From contig JBDGQO010000060.1 in the NCBI GenBank assembly GCA_042219045.1, positions 2,253 through 12,431 on the forward strand: 10,179 nt of DNA, read 5' to 3'. Each line of letters opens with the position of its first letter. Positions within the stretch are counted from its first letter, which is position 1. This DNA is from Candidatus Bipolaricaulia bacterium. GTDB lineage: Bacteria; Bipolaricaulota; Bipolaricaulia; RBG-16-55-9. Position numbers and translations under genes: made by a program. Positions 8,491 to 10,179 of the stretch are shown one piece after another. A model generated the notes under the pieces. It worked only from the letters and a program-made list of their open reading frames with translations, ran no database searches and was not told the origin of the DNA.

Positions 8491-8657
8491 GAAAGGGCTC
8501 CCTCCTTGTGTTTCCTATTGGGTGGGTATGAGTTGGCGCTGGGCTTTGCTTAAGGGCTTAGGGATGTTGCGATCGCTCACCTCCCATCGGTGTGGTTCAC
8601 CTTTAGATTGAAGCTCTGATCGCATTCTCGCTCCGTTGAGGGCGACCGTGTATGATC

Positions 8658-8671
8658 TGTGACATTTCACA
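8658..8671. promoter_or_regulatory. Palindromic operator candidate TGTGA-N4-TCACA
   Basis: TGTGACATTTCACA lies in the only AT-rich patch of the divergent intergenic region, overlapping the last base of the predicted -10 and the start site of the transporter operon. Confidence 0.6.
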
Positions 8672-8700
8672 TATTAATATCGTTTGTCCACATTCGTCAA
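8671..8700 (-). promoter_or_regulatory. Candidate sigma70 promoter of the transporter/SPS operon (TTGACG-N18-TAATAT)
   Basis: The minus strand reads TTGACG (8695-8700), an 18-nt spacer, then TAATAT (8671-8676), within an AT-rich island. Confidence 0.6.
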
Positions 8701-8736
8701 GCCCGCGACATGCCGCCGAGCATGCAGACGGGCCTC

Positions 8737-8766
8737 TCGACGGGCGTGCCCGTTAGGTGCTAGACT
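8737..8766 (+). promoter_or_regulatory. Candidate pfkA promoter (TCGACG-N18-TAGACT with TGn extension)
   Basis: TCGACG at 8737-8742, TG at 8758-8759 and TAGACT at 8761-8766, 44 nt before the ATG. Confidence 0.5.
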
Positions 8767-8810
8767 GTAAGCTCGGTTACCTCCCACTCAGCAAGGACCG
8801 AGGTTTCGAT

Positions 8811-9809
8811 ATGGAGCGGATCGGGATTATTACCAGCGGTGGCGATGCGCCCGGCATGAACGCCGCCGTTCGGGCTATTACGCGGCAATCCATCGCCCTC
8901 GGTATGGACGTCTGGGGAGCCCAGGACGGCTTCCAGGGGCTGTGCAACGACAACCTGGTCCCGCTGGGGTCGCGCGACGTCGGCGGGATCCTGCAGCATG
9001 GCGGCACGCTGTTGGGCACCGCCCGCTGCGAGGAGTTCCATCAAGCTCCCGGTCGGAAGCGAGCGGGCGAATGCCTGAATCGCTACGGCATCGACGCGCT
9101 GATTCTGATCGGTGGCGACGGGTCGATTGCCGGTGTTAAGGCGCTCATGGACGAGCAGGACGTCCCCGTTATCGCGGTTCCGGCCACCATCGACAACGAC
9201 GTGCCCCAGACCGACATGGCGATCGGCGTGGACACCGCGCTCAACACGGCCGTGGATATCATCAGCAAGCTGCGCGACACGGCGGCCTCGCACCAGCGGA
9301 CGTTCGTCATTGAGACGATGGGCCGCCACTGTGGCTACTTGGCGCTCGTGGCCGGGGTCGCCAGCGGCGCCGAGGCGATCCTGGTGCCCGAGTTCCCCTA
9401 CGACTTGGATGGGGTCGTGGAGAAGATCCGCGACGGCATGCAACGCGGCAAGCAGCACTCGCTCATCGTCGTCGCAGAGGGGATTCGCGACCAGTTCGAT
9501 TTGGCCGATTTCGAGTCCCCGGCCCACAAGGTCGCGGGCTATATCCACAAGCAGACCGGCAGCCAGCTCGACATACGCGTCACCGTGCTCGGCCACGTTC
9601 AGCGTGGCGGCGCGCCGACCGTCTCCGATCGGGTGTTGGCCAGCCGCCTGGGCGTAACGGCCGTCCAGCGGCTCCATGAAGGTGAACGGGGCGTGATGAT
9701 GAGCCTGCAACGCAACCAGATTGTCAGCGTCCCTTTCGACGACGTCATCGGGCAGACCCGCGAGCTGGATGAGCATCTCATGAAAATGGCCTACACGATC
9801 GCGGAGTGA
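8811..9809 (+). CDS. pfkA: ATP-dependent 6-phosphofructokinase, 332 aa
   Basis: TSGGDAPGMNAAVR, GGTLLGTAR, IGGDGS and PATIDND (ATP-type rather than GGDD/PKTIDND PPi-type), ETMGRHCG, VAEG and LGHVQRGG. The ATG at 8811 has SD GAGGT (8800-8804) and is preferred over the GTG at 8757. Confidence 0.96.
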   Translation: MERIGIITSGGDAPGMNAAVRAITRQSIALGMDVWGAQDGFQGLCNDNLVPLGSRDVGGILQHGGTLLGTARCEEFHQAPGRKRAGECLNRYGIDALILIGGDGSIAGVKALMDEQDVPVIAVPATIDNDVPQTDMAIGVDTALNTAVDIISKLRDTAASHQRTFVIETMGRHCGYLALVAGVASGAEAILVPEFPYDLDGVVEKIRDGMQRGKQHSLIVVAEGIRDQFDLADFESPAHKVAGYIHKQTGSQLDIRVTVLGHVQRGGAPTVSDRVLASRLGVTAVQRLHEGERGVMMSLQRNQIVSVPFDDVIGQTRELDEHLMKMAYTIAE

Positions 9810-9949
9810 GCGGTTCCGACGTTGGGCTCGCTCGCGGCCAGCACGGACCATTCGCGCTTCGCCAACGCCGATAAGGGGCCAGTCCCCCAGGGCTCCGTCG
9901 ACGATCGGCTCTTCAGCGGCGGCGCTTTCCGGGGGCCGTGATCGTGGGG

Positions 9950-10179
9950 ATGCGCACCGTCGTATCGCGGCTCATCCTCATGAGCATGGGCGCCAAGCTG
10001 ATCGTCGACACGAGCGTCCAGGTCTTCAATCCCTACCTGGCCACCATCGCCGACGGTCTCGGCTTGAGCCTCGTCACGCTGGGACAGCTGGTCGCGTTGC
10101 GCAGCGCGGTCGGCCTCGTCGTGCCCGTCATCGGCGCGCAGGCCGATCGGTTCGGGTATCTGCCGGTCATCCGCATCTG
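9950..10179 (+). CDS. MFS transporter, 5' part (runs off the window)
   Basis: My translation is MRTVVSRLILMSMGAKLIVDTSVQVFNPYLATIADGLGLSLVTLGQLVALRSAVGLVVPVIGAQADRFGYLPVIRI. It has two hydrophobic helices, P-x-L-x-x-IA-x-x-LG and MFS motif A (G-x-x-ADRFG). The start could instead be the in-frame GTG at 9938. Confidence 0.8.
   Translation, partial: MRTVVSRLILMSMGAKLIVDTSVQVFNPYLATIADGLGLSLVTLGQLVALRSAVGLVVPVIGAQADRFGYLPVIRI

Noticed and set aside
8651..8656. Plus-strand TATGAT as a pfkA -10
   Set aside because: No convincing -35 at 16-18 nt and no TGn extension. The element at 8737-8766 fits better, though this one is not excluded.
8757..8810. Upstream GTG start for pfkA
   Set aside because: It overlaps the predicted -10. 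PfkA homology and an SD point to the ATG at 8811.
8811..9809. PPi-dependent PFK, which would suit an energy-saving pathway
   Set aside because: GGDGS and PATIDND are the ATP-type signatures.
9806..9900. GTGA-coupled short ORF and weak hairpin after pfkA
   Set aside because: The ORF stops after 22 codons with no features. The hairpin is short and has no U-tract.

Overview
GC-rich bacterial carbohydrate locus encoding acidic, Lys-poor proteins. Seven genes run on the minus strand: an AglE/GgtB-type alpha-glucoside ABC binding protein, two permeases, a stand-alone GT4 sucrose-phosphate synthase (SPS) closely resembling the Halothermothrix orenii enzyme, a small P-loop (URK/PRK/PanK-fold) kinase, a GalT-family nucleotidyltransferase of the ADP-glucose-phosphorylase-like type, and a MalK-type ATPase with its own candidate promoter. 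ATP-dependent pfkA is transcribed divergently, followed by the start of an MFS transporter. The window has no sucrose-phosphate phosphatase, invertase or GH13 phosphorylase. My main inference is a catabolic sucrose pathway: import, then sucrose kinase, then SPS running in reverse, then NDP-glucose phosphorylase and PfkA. Other observations are a 123-codon hydrophobic insertion flanked by degenerate direct repeats in the first permease, a palindromic operator at the main promoter, a possibly leaderless SPS transcript, and a perfect 16-bp stem after the binding-protein gene. All family assignments come from motif recognition and recalled sequences, not database searches.
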